Assembly: GCF_000281045.1 (NCBI RefSeq)
Contig: NW_008246127.1
Span: forward strand, 57,204-121,203
Source of the DNA: Saprolegnia diclina VS20
Lineage: Eukaryota
Reading direction: 5' to 3'
DNA length: 64,000 nt
Position 1 is the first letter of the stretch. Every line of letters starts with the position of its first letter. The notes beneath the pieces were generated by a model that did not search any database, was not told where the DNA came from, and worked only from the letters and a program-made list of their open reading frames with translations. This document shows positions 24,964 through 38,292 of this stretch, in pieces. A program made the position numbers and the translations under genes.

Positions 24964-27900
24964 TCAATCTGTGAGGGGGCAAGCATGCTGTAGCGATCGG
25001 TGCCATTGGGGTGCCTGGCTTAACCCTGGAATGGTCTTGGCTGCCTTCAACACGTGAACGCGCCACGACTTGCAGTCCAAAACGTACACGACACCGTGTG
25101 CGCCACGCAGCGTGAGCAGTCCGTCCATGACCGCGGAAGCTCGGTCGAGGTAGTAGACGCCATTGTGCGTGCGGTGGTCGTGCTTGAAGAGGTACGTCGC
25201 GCCCGCCGAGAGAAAGAGGCTGTGAGCCACGGGCGCTGGGGACACACCGACGCGCCACTTGGCTGCGGCCGAGAGTAGCACTTTGGACACGAGCACGAGA
25301 CCAACGAGCGTCAAGAGGCGAGTGGCTTGGCCAATGTAGATGACGCCTGCATCGCACGCGACGTCAAAGTCCAGAGCCGTCGCAGAACAGCGCAGGTCAA
25401 TCGCCACTCGGTGCTCAACGGGCGCCGTCGTTGTCAGGAGCGCGGCGATGGCCCACACGACCGCATTATGCACCGAGAGGTAGTACGACGTGTACTCGCG
25501 CGTGAGAACGAGCAAGAGATCGCTGATGATGGACGCAAGCCACGTGACCTCGTTGGCTGCGAGCACAAGCTTGTACCACGGGCGGTCGTCGTAAAAGACG
25601 CTGATGACGCCGGTAAAATGCAAGGTTGGCGACGCCGTAGAAAGCATGCACTGGCGGTGAGGCTGCGGAGACACAGGAGCGGGCGGCCGACCCACGCGAC
25701 GCCCCGACGTGTCCGAATTTGAACATGTTGGTGCCTTCGACGTGGCCACAGCTCCGCAAGGCGTAGAAAACCACGAATGCTGCGATCGTGATCATTGTGA
25801 ACGTCACGTAGATAAGACAGCCACGAGCGTACTGCGCCAAATTGACGGGCACGTCGTGAGCCTGAACGGACTCCCGGCGGGGGTCTTGGAGGTTCGTGAG
25901 GAGCGTTAGATTGTTGCCTGCGTCGCCTTGAAACGCTACAACTTCCCGCGCCCCAGCAACCCATTCGTAGAGAAAGAGCCACGCGAAAAAGCCAAACGCT
26001 GGCTCGTCCAGTAGCTTTGCGTGCAAAAGCTGCAGCGGCGGCGCGCCGTCGAGGTATCCATAGTTGATAAATCCAATCTCCAAACTTTGAAGAGCGTGGG
26101 TCACATCCACGTCCGGCGCTGCAGACGGCACGTACGTCGTCAGAAAGGCCTGCGTTTGACCGAGGTACGCTCGACACGCCTCATAGTTAGTTGGGTCGAA
26201 CGCACACGAAGCCGATATGTTCATCGGAGTCGCCATCGCCGCTGCGACCACGTAGTGTTGTCGTGACGGTTCTATCCTGGCGAGGACTCCTGTTGTCGGT
26301 ACGCATGGCTCGGCGAACGAAAACAGATTGTTGAGTCCAATGTCGACCGATGAGGGGTACGCGACGTCTGGGCACAGCGGCGAGGCGCCGAACGTGACGC
26401 CTCCGCGTCCGAGCCACGGTGGCGGTACGGGATACGACGAGTCCAGTGGGATAATATTGGCATACGCGATCTGGGCTGGCGTCGACAGCGTCAAACTCAA
26501 GCGAACAAGGTCCACGAGGTTTCGAACTGCGCCAAGCACCCTCTTCGGGACGCTGATGTAGAGCATATCGACGGATCCAAAGGGGCCGAGGACGTTTGTG
26601 AGCAAGCTGAAACCTTGCGAAAGCGGCAGCGAGAGCACAGCGCTATGGGCGAGAACGCTTGCAATCGTGTTGTTGCCATACGCAAAGACAGAACTCAATC
26701 GAAGCAGACTGCAACCGTTGATCGTGCTCGAGTTGTCGACTACCGCCATCAAGTCGTTGGCGAGGCCCCAGTACATTTTGAAACTGGATTGGCTCGAGAA
26801 GCGGTAGGACCCATTCTGGCGCTGAAGGGTAAGGGGATACACGAGACCATAGGCGTTCACAATCGAGTACATGCTGGAGACGCCGATGTGCTTGAAGTTT
26901 TGCCACTGTGTGTCGTAGTACGTGACGTTGGCGCGACGCCAGACGTCTGCTTCGTCGATCAAACTTCGGCGCGGCGTCGAGAGCCAATGGGCTCCGGCAA
27001 TCGACCGCCGAAGCTCGGACGCGATACCGACGTCAAAAGCTTTGCCCCAGCATGCTGTAAATCTGGCTCTGTCCACATTGTGCACCAGCGATGCCAAGTA
27101 GACGGCGCCGTTGCTCGTCATGGCTCGACAGCGTGCTTGGCGGGTGCTGGTTGCGGCCATCTCCCACGTTTGATTCCAATCGACGTAGCAGTACGGGGTA
27201 AAGAGCCACGGCGCGTCACAGCCATCGATCGAGCGAAGGGCTTCGATGGCCACTTGGATCGAGGTCAAGACCGAGTGCTGCAGGCGAGCGCCATAGTTAG
27301 CCGGCGACGCCACGAATGCAACATCGGCGTCAAACGCCCCGATCAAATTGATGTGCTTGTCGTCCAGTCGACAGGACAGTGGCAGTGAAAGTCCAAACAC
27401 GAGTTGCTCCGTGAGCCACGACGCGACAAAGGCGTGACCGCCCGTGACGTTGAACCCGCTCCAATAAAAGTTGTTGGACAAGTCTGTTGTCGCCACGTCC
27501 AGGTACAAGACACTGCCGCCGAGGGATATGAGCATGTGTAAAAGCCCAAGCACAGCCATCAACCGGCGCCAACGCCGCGACCGCGTTGTTGGCGCAACGA
27601 CGTCGACATCCACGCGCTGCAACTGCGCGCTCAGCAGGTGCACCCCCGTCGGCGACGAAGAGCATTCAGGTACGAGGAGCCTCCAAAGCTTGATGTCAAA
27701 GAAGCACCGCATCGATCCGCAGGAGCAAAAGATGACACAGGCGAGCGCGCTTCCGACAGCGTCGAACGTCTGCGCTGCCGCAGCCGTTGGCAAGGGTTGA
27801 AGAAACATATGAGCGACCCCGGACAAGCGCAAACTGGGCTCGGCCAGCGGCAATACAGGATATACGACACGTTTCTGGAAGCACATGGCGGCCACGGTAA

Positions 27901-30214
27901 CGCCGAAAACGACGACGAGCTGAATGCTCACGAGGTCCAGCACGCGTCGAAAGCGCCCAATGTGAACGATCCCCGAGTCGCAGTGGACTACATAATCCAT
28001 GTTCTGGCTAGTGCACTGCCGGTTCAGCGTCGCGGTCGCTGCTACGGGCGATAGCACTTCGATGGCGACGACAATAAGCCACACGAGAAGGCTCGAGACG
28101 TGGCAATGCACGGCCGAAAGTCCCCGAGCAAACACAAGGACAAGTTCGTTGAGGACGTAGGTGACCCAGCACGCTTCACCCGCGAGGAGCATGACGATGT
28201 ACCAAGGCCGGGGCGAGGGCTGGAGCTGCACGACGAACGACGCGTCAAGCGCGACTGACGACGTGCTTAATAGCAAAATGGCAGCAAGACCGCGAAAGAG
28301 ACAAAGAGGCCGACCAACCCACGTCGCGCCAACCGTTCGGTTGAAGCAGACAAGGTTGCGTCCCACAATGTGAAAATCACGTTGGAACGCCAAGTAGAGA
28401 GTCCATGCACCCACGCCGCAGAGCGCCAACGAAACAATGAGCACGAGGTACCAGCCGACCTGCGTCGCGCTTTGCAACACTTGGCCAAGACCACTCGTCG
28501 AGTACTCGGTCGGCGCGTACGCGTTCGACATCAACACGAGCGAGCGCACGTCGCCTTCGAACGAGACGACCTCCCGGATGCCGAGAACCCACTCGCGGAG
28601 CAGCACCCAGCTCGCGAGTGTCCACGCCAAGTCCCCTGCGTCCAGAAGCGGCTGGTGCAGCATGGTCCATGTGCCATTGGGCGAGCGTGCGTACTGCATG
28701 TGCTCGAGACCCATGGCGACCACGTCGTTTGCGGCGGCTGCAAAGACGGATCGCGCCAAGTCGAGGCGCTGGCGAGCCCGCGAGGCTGCAGAGCAGTTCA
28801 CACCAGCAGCAGCACACGCCGCGCTACTCGCGTCGGTCGCAACGACGCCGAACACGACTGCGGCGGGGCTCGGTGAGAGCCAAAAGGGCGTCTCTTGCGT
28901 GCACCCATCGAAGAAGTCGAACGACTGCTGCACGAACGATGTCGGCAGGCTCGAGACGCACATGGGGTTGCCGCCGTAAAACGTATAGTTGCGCCACGCA
29001 AGCGGTGTTGGCGTCGTCAAGGCGCCCGCCGGGATTGTGCGGTAGGCGGCGCTTAGGGCCCGGTCGACGCCGAGGCGGGGAACGAGGGCTGCCTGGAACG
29101 CATCAAAAGCGGCAATTCGCGACGCTGGCGGTACTCTGAAAAACGCATCCACCGACAGGAACGGTCCGAGCTCGTACTGGAAGAGCGCGGCTTGGGCTGC
29201 AAAGACGCCAGTGACATAGTTGGTACTCCATACTTCGACAGGGATGGCTGGCAAGGACGCACTTACGTTGGCGCCTACGTAGTTGGACGTGCCCCAGACC
29301 AAGCTCCGGTTGAGGCCCTGCATGACCCAGAGGTCGTTGAGCGGGATGAAGAAGAGATTTTGCGACGTCCATGGGCCCGTCACGCGTGAAAGACTCTTGA
29401 TTGTTGTGCTCAGCTGCATCCCGAGCGAATTCTCAAGTGCGACCGTCTCGGTGACGCCGGTCTGCCACCGGTTCTGCCACTGCAGCACAAACCTTGAAAT
29501 GTTGAATGACCGCCAGTACGCGATTTCGGCGTCGACACTCGTGTTTGCTCGAGCAGACGCGGTGGTCGTGAGCCAACGGCGACCGGCTTCGGTCTCTTCC
29601 AAGCCGAGCTGAACCGCAACGGTGAACGGCATGTTGGGCCCGGCCCAGATCGTCACAAAGTCATTCCAGTCGATGTTGCGCAGCGTGGCCTCCATGAACA
29701 CGGCGCCATTCGTTCGGTACTTGGCGTCGCAGCGCGCGGCTCGCTCTGTTGTGTGGGCCACGGTGAAGGCTCGGTTGAAGTCGACGTAGCAGTGCTGCGT
29801 GTTCATGCGCATGGACCAGCTTGCGCTCAGGAGCCGAAGGTTCGCCACGGCGTACTCGATGGACGAGAGGTCGTGCAAAGCAAGCTGGCGGGGGTACGTC
29901 GGGTAGACATTCGTGACGGACGAAGACCCGTTGTAGCTCTTTTGCACACCAGACAAACAGTTTGTGATGGGAAATGTGGCTTCGGGCGTCGTCGCTAGGA
30001 CTCGGTTTAGCACGTCGATAAGGAACGCCTGGTGACCGCTCAAGTTGTAGTCGGGCCACCACAGATCGTTGCGAAAGCATGGCGTCAAGTAGACGAGAAA
30101 CCAAAGTCCGCAGCTCAGCGAAAAGAGGACGTAGACGCAGCCCACGATCGCCTCGAGACGGACCGTCCGGAATGGAGGCACCTTGGCGCGTTGCACTGGA
30201 GCTGGGTATATCAT
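24964..30214 (-). pseudogene. Giant two-module membrane protein of an oomycete (Saprolegniales)-expanded family, disrupted by two -1 frameshifts near 25650-25705 (pseudogene or assembly error)
   Basis: 1582-aa ORF plus 3' ORF. Duplicated modules: NDLWWPDYN / NNFYWSGFN, CYVDFN / CYVDWN, TNGAVF / SNGAVY, REVVSFEGD / REVVAFQGD, WVGRPL. The second WVGRPL copy is out of frame. Confidence 0.7.
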
Positions 30215-30862
30215 GCTCTGTCAATGTCACCGACACCAAAGCAAGGGCTCGAAACAGGTTTTATAACTGCTCGTGCCGTTATTCCTGCGCAGAGATCTGA
30301 TATTCTGATGTTGTTGGCAGCGCGTCTCCAACTGCTAGCTCCAACGGCTTCGTGACGACGACCGATGATATCTCTGCGGGAACGAGCGGCCACAAAGCGC
30401 CGCCACCCACGCCGCTGCCTTGTCCTCAAGTGGGTTTTCCTCCTTGGGTGCTATCCGGGTGGACGCGGGACGTGGATGCCAACGACGGTCGCATGTCGCA
30501 GGCACGGCGGCTTCCTGTCTACTGTGTTGGTAACTGGGACGGGCAGCGCCCGGTGACGGCGACAACGCTGTCGTTGAGGCTGCCCTTGTTCTTTTGCGTC
30601 TCACTGCTCCTGCGAGCCTGGCACGGAGCAGCTGGGCGCCTTGAAGTTGGGCGACGTCCTGTCTCCCGCCACAGTACTTGCACGGCTACTTTAAATAAAG
30701 CGTCTCACCTTGTATCGCAATAGAATGGATTGAAGCATTAAATAGCTTACGTTTTCTATGTGGCATTGTCGGAAAGCCGCGTATTTTTATTCCAGAGTGG
30801 GTCAGATAGGGCAATGTGGGAGATTGCACATTTGCCGATTGGCGTCCAAGCAGCAGCAGGCG

Positions 30863-33429
30863 ATGAAGTCTCCGGCGCTCTCTGGTTCGACTTGCGACCT
30901 GTGTCCAGGCTCATAGCGTCGTAGGTGTGACCCCGCGCGGCCACGTCACGCGGCTCTCGCTCCGGCGAGACGACGAGCATCCGTGGCAAAAGTCCCAGCC
31001 CTCGCTCACCGACTCGTGCCTCGGCTTGCCCGGTGCAACGGCCAAGAAGCCCAAGGCGTCGGCCTGGGAGTCGCTTGTGCAGAGCCTCATTTACGGCGTC
31101 ATCAATTCGATCCTGACGATCCCATGCATGTACGGCTACGCCGCCATCATTTTCAGCCACTCGGACTTTACCACCTTCATGCCCGCCCTCGCCAAGCTCG
31201 TGCTCCTCTCGAGCGTCGTGCACCAAATCATGTTTACGACGCTGAGCTCGCTACCCTTTGCAATTGGCCAAGTCCAGGTACTATTGCCGACAACCATGAA
31301 CATGTTGATCGATGTTTCTACCTAGGATGCCGGCCTCATCTTCCTCAGCGCCATGGCCACGTCCATCTGCAACACACTCGGCGAAGACGTGCCACTCGAA
31401 GCCAAGGTCACGACCGTCCTTGTCACGATCGGTCTCTCGACGGCCGCGCTCGGTATGACGCTCGTGGCCATTGGCAAGTTCAAGCTCGCGGGCCTCGTCT
31501 CGTACCTTCCGATGCCGGTCGTCGGCGGGTACCTCGCGTTCATTGGTCTCTTTTGTCTCTTTGCCGGCCTCTCGCTCTGCACGGGCCTCGTCATCAACGA
31601 CTTTAGCTCGATGGCGCAGCTCGCGTCGTGGCATTACCTGCTCTTGTGCGCGCCCGGCGTCGCCGGCGGGTACCTCTTCCTCCACGTGAGCCAGCGCTAC
31701 GACAACTCGTTTGCGCTCCCGAGCGTCATTGTTGGCGTCCCGATCCTCTTTTACTTTGTGCTCTACGGCTTTGGGTACAACCTCGAGGACGCGCGGTCGT
31801 TTGGCTGGGTCGCGCCGCTCGCGCCCGCAGCCGGCTTTTCCGAGATGCTCTCGCTCTTCTCGTTCGAGCACGTTCACTGGTATGTATTGCCGTCGCAGAT
31901 CACGACGTGGGTCGGCATGACCTTTGTCGTCGCCTTCTCGTCGTGCCTCGATGTCGCCGCCATCGAGATGGACATGGGCGCGCAGCTCGACATTGACCAC
32001 GAGCTCGCGTGCGTCGGGTGGAGCAACTTTCTCTCGGGCATCCTCGGCGGCTACACGGGCTCGTACATCTTTTCGCAGACGATCTTTACGTACCGCTCCA
32101 AGACCAACTCGCGCGTCGTCGGCATCTGCGTCATCATCTCGGAGTTTGCGCTCGTCGTGCTCCCAATCTCGATCATGAGCTACGTGCCTCGCTTCTTCTT
32201 TGCGGCAACGCTCATCTTTATCGCGATCGACCTCCTCCTCGAGTGGCTCGTGCACGTCTACCACAAGGTGCTCTTCCAAGAGTACCTCGTGCTCTGGCTC
32301 TCGTTCTTTGCCATCAACGCGGTCAACCTCGAGCTCGGCATGATCATCGGCATCGGCTTTGCCATCGTCAACTTCCTCATCGGCTACGCGCAGGTCAACC
32401 AGGTCCAGCGCGTGTACAAGTCGTCGACTGCGATCCGCAACTACGCCGCGCGCAGCGTCATCGCCGACAAGCGCGACTCGATCGTCGTGCTCGAGCTGCA
32501 CGGGTACCTCTTTTTCGGCACATCGGTGCACATTGTCGAGGACGTCAAGAAGTTTGTGCGCGTCCTCAAGCCCGTGAACCCGTACGGGTCGCTCGTGAAT
32601 CGACCGCTCGAGCACCTCGACGGCACGCCGCTCTCCCCCTCCGAGTCCAAGAACCGCCTCCCGACGCGGTATCTGGTCCTCGACTTCAAGCGCGTGACGG
32701 GCATGGACGCCACCGCGGCGCGCAGCTGCTTTATGATCCTTCAGGAGCTCTGCACGTCGCACAAGATTGACGTGATTTACGCCAACGTACTCCCGTCCGT
32801 CTCGCGCCTCCTTGTCAACAACGACATTGTCGACGAGACCGTGCTCTACCGCAACTGCGACGAAGCGCTCGAGTACTGCGAGAGCCACCTCATCTTGGCC
32901 TCGCGCACCAACTCATTCTTCCGCGCCGACGCCTCGCTCCCGCTCTTGCTCAACCGGTTCGTCGGTCTCCCCGACAACGCTGCCTTGTTTGAGCCGCTCG
33001 CGCCGTACTTTACCAAGCAGCTCGTCGAGTCGGACCACTACTTTTACCAGGTACGATCGATGCGCGCAAGAAGGAACACTCATGGCGTTGTAGATTTCCG
33101 AGCCGTCGCGCGCGTTTTACATTCTCGGCGCCGGCAGCGTCGATCTCTTTATGAACAAGGACGGTTCGGTCGACAATGGCGAGAGCGCGTCCTTGGCGCT
33201 GCTCGAGAAGGTGCACGTGGGCGCCATGTTTGGCGAAGTCGACTTTTTCGTGCAGCAAATCCGCCACCTCTCGGCGCGCGCGTCGAGCGACTGCACCGTC
33301 TTTTGCCTCACGCGCGACGCGTACGAGGCCATGAAGCTCGAGCAGCCGCGCCTCTACGACGAGCTCCGCGACGTGATCATCAAGAGCATGGCGCTCACGA
33401 TCGGCAACAACAACTGGCTCGCGCTTTAA
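30863..33429 (+). CDS. SulP/SLC26-family anion transporter with STAS and cyclic-nucleotide-binding domains (3 introns)
   Basis: SSLPFAIGQVQ|DAGLIFLS, SYLPMPVVGGYLAFIG, GGYTGSYIFSQT, LELHGYLFFG, LDFKRVTGMDATAA, GAMFGEVDFF; probable first intron 30885-30924. Confidence 0.9.
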
Positions 33430-33645
33430 CTCTCTTCCGCTTGATGTATACAACACAATATAGAGGTCGTCGTCTTTGTATAACCTCGTCTCTCGGTCAG
33501 TGCGATGACGCCGTCGATGGCAAACGTCGTCTCGGTCGAGGACACCGTCGGCGAGCCTCAACTGATTATCTCGTCGCAGAAGAAACGAAGACTGGTCCAA
33601 GATCGCGTTTGCACCAATCAGCGTCAGTGACGCTTCACCACCGCC

Positions 33646-36600
33646 ATGGCCACCATCGCGCTTGACATTGGTCAGGCGGCGACGTACGGCAGCCACGGCG
33701 CCGTCGTCGCGGCCGAGTATTATTACGCGCTCGTGTTTCCCAACACGCCGCACGCTCTGGACGCTGGCGCCACCGACCGCATCTCGTTTGCCGACGCCAC
33801 CGACGTCATTAGGCGCGTCACATGCGGCTCGGACACGGATAAGGACGCCGCGGTCTCCGAGTTTCGCGACGCGTGGGTCGCCAAGTTTCGCAGCCTCGCG
33901 CCCGCCGCCTCGGACCGCATTCCGCGGCACTTTTTTCGAGAAGTAGGCGACCGAGTCGTTCTCTCTTCATCACGTGACGCGTAGCTCGTGCGCAACATCG
34001 TGCTCCAGCGGCTCGAAGCTGTGCCCGGCGTTGCGCTCGCGACGCAGATCTCGGCCGACGACCAGAACATCTACTGTTTCGTGCGCTTGACGAGGGACGC
34101 ACTGGTGCACATGGCCGGCGACGTGCAGCTCAACCTTCCCATTTGGCCCGAAATCGATCCTGGCAGCCAGGTAGCCTCGATGTAACTTCATCGAGCGCAT
34201 ACGATTGCGGGCTAGTATTGGCTAGAACACGGCCACGACACGACCGAGTACACGACCGACGTGGCCGAGAAGGAGCTGCATCGCCTCTTTCTGGAAGGCC
34301 ACGTGACTGCGGACGAGGCGCAGCTCTTCGCCGGCGAGTCGCCCGCGATGGTCTCTCGGCGCATCTCGGCGCTTAAACGCATCGCCAACTCGAGTCTCCA
34401 AACGCGCTTTCCGTCGACGGCGCTCTTGTACTTTCCGTTCCAGGCCGACCCCGCGCTGCACTACCTCTTCCGCCACGTCGAGGGCACGTTGCCGTTCCGG
34501 TGGGTCGACAAAGTGCGCCTGACCAAGGCGGCGCTCGACAAGGCGTTCAACTGCGAAATGCTGCGGCACGAAGGCTTCCTGACGCACCATATGTGCCTCC
34601 ACACACATACATCTACCGAGCACAGCGACGACGTGACCTTGGACCAGCTCTGTGCGCAATGGGGCGCGCTTAGCGCGTACGCCTACCTCTACAGCCACGG
34701 TATTTGCCGCTCGTGGCGCGTCCTCTTCTACCAGCCGATTGAGCTCATTCGCGACTACTTTGGCGAAGAACTCGCCCTGTGTACGTACCTTCTCGGTCGT
34801 CTCGCGTTGTCACTTTGACTAGACTTCGCCTTTCTATCGTTCTACGCCGAGATGCTCGTTGTGCTCATTGGCATCAGCATCGTCGACGCGCCCTTCTCGC
34901 TCGTGTTGCCCGACACCGTGCTGGGCTACTACAACATGGCACTCGCGAGCGTCAACTGCCTCTACTCGTGCCTCATGCTTCGAAAATGGGCCGTCCAACA
35001 GCAGGCGCTCGCCGTTGCTTGGGGCATGGACGACGTCAAGGCTGACGCCACCCTACGCGCCGAGTACACGGGTATCGTGTGCATCAGCCCCGTGACGAAT
35101 GCACCAGAGCTCATCGCTCGGCCGCAGCTGCAAGTACATCCCTCCTGATGGCTCGCGACACAACAGACTGCGCTGCTACTAGGCAATGCGCAAACTCCAG
35201 GCGACAATTCTTCTCTGTATCGCAATCGGGCTCAACGGTCTCGCGATCTACGCCGTGTTTGCCCTCCAAGCCCACTACGAGTCGATCTACGAGTCGGACG
35301 ACTCGGTTACGGTCTACTCCAACATTGTCATTGCGTTGCTGATCAATTTGAGTCAAGTGCCGTTCCAGCCGGTACGAAGCGTCTTGCGACGATGACGTGT
35401 CTTGCATCGCGCTGTAGATTGTCGTGTGTCTCAACCAGTTTGAGAACCACCGCACGCACCACGCCTTTCATGTCGCTCTGACCGTCAAGTGTACGAAATA
35501 GTTCCCCTCTGACGCAACCTAATTGCTTCTAGTCGCTATCTTTCAGACCATCAACAACTTTGGCCCGATCCTCTTCTCGACATACCTGAAGCCGTACACA
35601 TTCGGCTGCAACCAGTCGACGATGCCCCACTTGGACGCGACGGCGTGCGCCGACGAGACGGAGCATCTGCTCCTGAGTGTTCTCTTTTTCAACTTGGCGC
35701 TGTCGGTGCGCGAGATTGCGACGCCGCTGCTGCTCGCGATGCGCCACGCGTACAACGCCCGCCGGACGCGCGTTTACACACCACTGGACGCGGACATGGG
35801 GTGCGTCCATGTACCGCGTCCACCGCCAAACAGAGTCTTGTAGGCCTCGCTGCTTCAGCGACGAATTGAACCTCGACGTGTACGACGGCGTGCTCTTTGA
35901 CTATGCACAGATCTCCATCACGTTTGGGTACATCACGTGGTTTGGCGCCCTCGCGCCCCAGGCCGCGGTCATCGCACTCGTCATCACTCTCGTTCAAGTA
36001 CGGCGTTTCATCTCTCTTGTGGAGCGTGACGATGGTTAGATACGCGTGGATGCATACAAGCTGTGCTACTTGATGCAGCGTCCGATGCCGCTCCCCGCGT
36101 CTTCGATTGGAGGCTGGATGATCTACTTTCGCATGCTCACGCTCGCCGGCGTCGTCGTCAACGCGGGCAACGTCGTCATCGTGCAAATGCTGGCTTCCCA
36201 GGCCGACACGACGTTTGATAGCATCCCCGTCAGTGCGTGGCTCGATCAACTCTTCTCGCTGACGCTGCTCATGACGGCGCTCTACCTCGCGTCCGTGCTC
36301 GTCTCGCTCCACGACGCCTCGGATCGCGAGGTGCTCCACACGATCAAGAGCACGCTCAAGCGCCAGGCGTATCTCCAAGAAACGTACCTTTTCCAGCTCA
36401 CGAGCAAAGACAAGGTCGACCAAATTCAGCGACCGCCAGGGGACATCTTTCTCAACGGTACGTAAACGCCACGAGTCCCCATCTACACTATGTGCGTAGG
36501 CGTCTTCCGGTACATTGTGAGCGGCGACATCAATGACGGCGAGCAAGTCGAGGAGCTTCGCGAAGAGCTCGGCGCGCTTGAAGCCAAGATCCGCGCGTTT

Positions 36601-37310
36601 CCAAGGCTTGAGACAGAGTCGCTAGGCGCGCTATATGTCGTCGTCGTTGGCGCCAACATCCTACCGATCATGGACCGTTCGACCAAGGCGCTCGACGCAT
36701 TTGTCAAGGTCAAGCTCAAGCAAGGCGACAAACTCTTGCCCTCCAAAGCCAAGACCGTCGTCAAGAAGAAACAGCGCAGCCCTGTCTGGAACGCGCCGTT
36801 CGAGTTCAAGATCACGAGCATCGAGACGCGGCTCGTCATGGAAGTCTACGACTGGAACCTCGTCGGGAAGAGCGAGCTCGTCGGCGTCGCGTCCGTCCCC
36901 ATCACGCGCGCGCTCACAAGCGCCGTCGACTTTAATGAGATGGCTGTCGAGGTACGCGTAGCGACAAACTCTACAGGGGTGACTCAAACGGTAGGGCATC
37001 TGTGACATGGTGGCTCTCGACGTGCCCGTGGACATTGACTCGAAGCTGCTGGCCACCATGGCCAGCGATATCCCAAAGTTTGGCAAGCCCGTGCTGCACA
37101 TTAGCCTCGGCGTGCGCCTTAACCAGGTACGCTTGCCTTCTCCCACGTGTGCACCTCACATAAGAACGGTAGCTGGGCTGCCAAGGGCTGCGACTGCACA
37201 ACTACGTGGTGCGAACGCGAGAGATTGTCAAGACCATGGACACGTATCTGGTTTGGAAGCCGCGCCGCTTGCGGCAGCTGACCGTCAAAGATGGCTCAGG
37301 ATCGATGTGA
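33646..37310 (+). CDS. Anoctamin/TMEM16 (Ca-activated channel/scramblase) with a C-terminal C2 domain, about 10 introns
   Basis: QPIELIRDYFGEELAL|YFAFLSFY, NQFENHRT, DYAQISITFGYITWF, DAYKLCYLMQRP..IGGW; C2 region LYVVVVGANILPIMD...DAFVKVKL...SPVWNAPFEF...MEVYDWN. Confidence 0.85.
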
Positions 37311-37365
37311 GAAAAGTTCTATCGTTTAACTCTATGTATCTAGTAAATAAGTTGAATTGGCGCGG

Positions 37366-38292
37366 CTACACGGGGCTAACTTCGGTCGTGTGCATCATGT
37401 ACGGTTCCGTGGGCGCTTGCGACGCGACGCGAACTTGTTTTCGGCGGTGCGTCATCTCGGTCGGCGTCTTGCGCTGGAGGTAGAGGAGGCAGAGCGCCGG
37501 GAAGACGTCCGGCACGAGCGTCGACCAGACGGTGAAGGGCACGATGTCCATGTTCTCGATAAACGCCACGTCGAGCGCCAAGCACGCCGTGAAGAAGACG
37601 CGGAGGCAGATGCACAGCATGATGGTCCAGAGAGAGACGAGGAGCTTGGAGAGCGACCGGTAGACTTCGTCTTCGCCGAGGACGGCGCGGGCGCGCAGGA
37701 GCCTCGACGCAATGCAGCAGCCTTGGTACACGAGGAAGAAGCCGGTGCCGAGGAGCGTCACGCACCCCGAGACGACGAGCACGTAGTACAGTGGGCTGTT
37801 CATAAAGTCGATTTGGCCTGCGAGTGTGTCGGGGTACGTGGCGATCGCGCAGGATGAGCCGAGAACGCAGAGGAAGATGACAACGTTGCACGCGAGAACG
37901 ACCTTGCGCAGCGTCACAGGGCCATCGTGGTGACCCGCGGCTGCGGCGCGAGCCCATGCAAGCGCAATCATGGCAAGCGCAAAGCACTGCAGCAGCTGGG
38001 CGTAGACTTCACACAGAAACATACCAATCCACTGAGTGCTGTTGGGGTTCACGATGAATTGGAGGCTCGTCGGCGTCTCGGCAGCGACAGCAAAGAGCAG
38101 GAGGAGGTGGAAACCGATGCGCTTGAGGTCGCTGTGGTGCGTGATGTGCATGTAGAGCTGCGCGGCGATACCGACCGTGACGACAGCGTACAGCGAGAGT
38201 GAGATGTAACCCGCGACCTTGTAGCCGACAACTTCGGACGGCGTCAGGCCGCTGTCCGACGCCGTCGGAGCGACCGAGCCCGTCGAGGACAT
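37366..38292 (-). CDS. Multi-pass (about 7 TM) membrane protein, TOM1/THH1/GPR137-like, copy 1
   Basis: Intronless 308-aa ORF with about seven hydrophobic segments; ends WSTLVPDVFPALCLLYLQR. Confidence 0.75.
   Translation of the reverse strand: MSSTGSVAPTASDSGLTPSEVVGYKVAGYISLSLYAVVTVGIAAQLYMHITHHSDLKRIGFHLLLLFAVAAETPTSLQFIVNPNSTQWIGMFLCEVYAQLLQCFALAMIALAWARAAAAGHHDGPVTLRKVVLACNVVIFLCVLGSSCAIATYPDTLAGQIDFMNSPLYYVLVVSGCVTLLGTGFFLVYQGCCIASRLLRARAVLGEDEVYRSLSKLLVSLWTIMLCICLRVFFTACLALDVAFIENMDIVPFTVWSTLVPDVFPALCLLYLQRKTPTEMTHRRKQVRVASQAPTEPYMMHTTEVSPV

Noticed and set aside
30335..30723. GC-rich ORFs between the giant TM gene and SulP
   Set aside because: Cannot be linked to either gene by a convincing splice model; unsupported
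31281..32888. 535-aa antisense ORF over the SulP gene; similar shadows occur over UPF1, ProRS, anoctamin and the subtilase
   Set aside because: Shadow ORFs caused by GC-rich third-position codon bias; no independent domain signal
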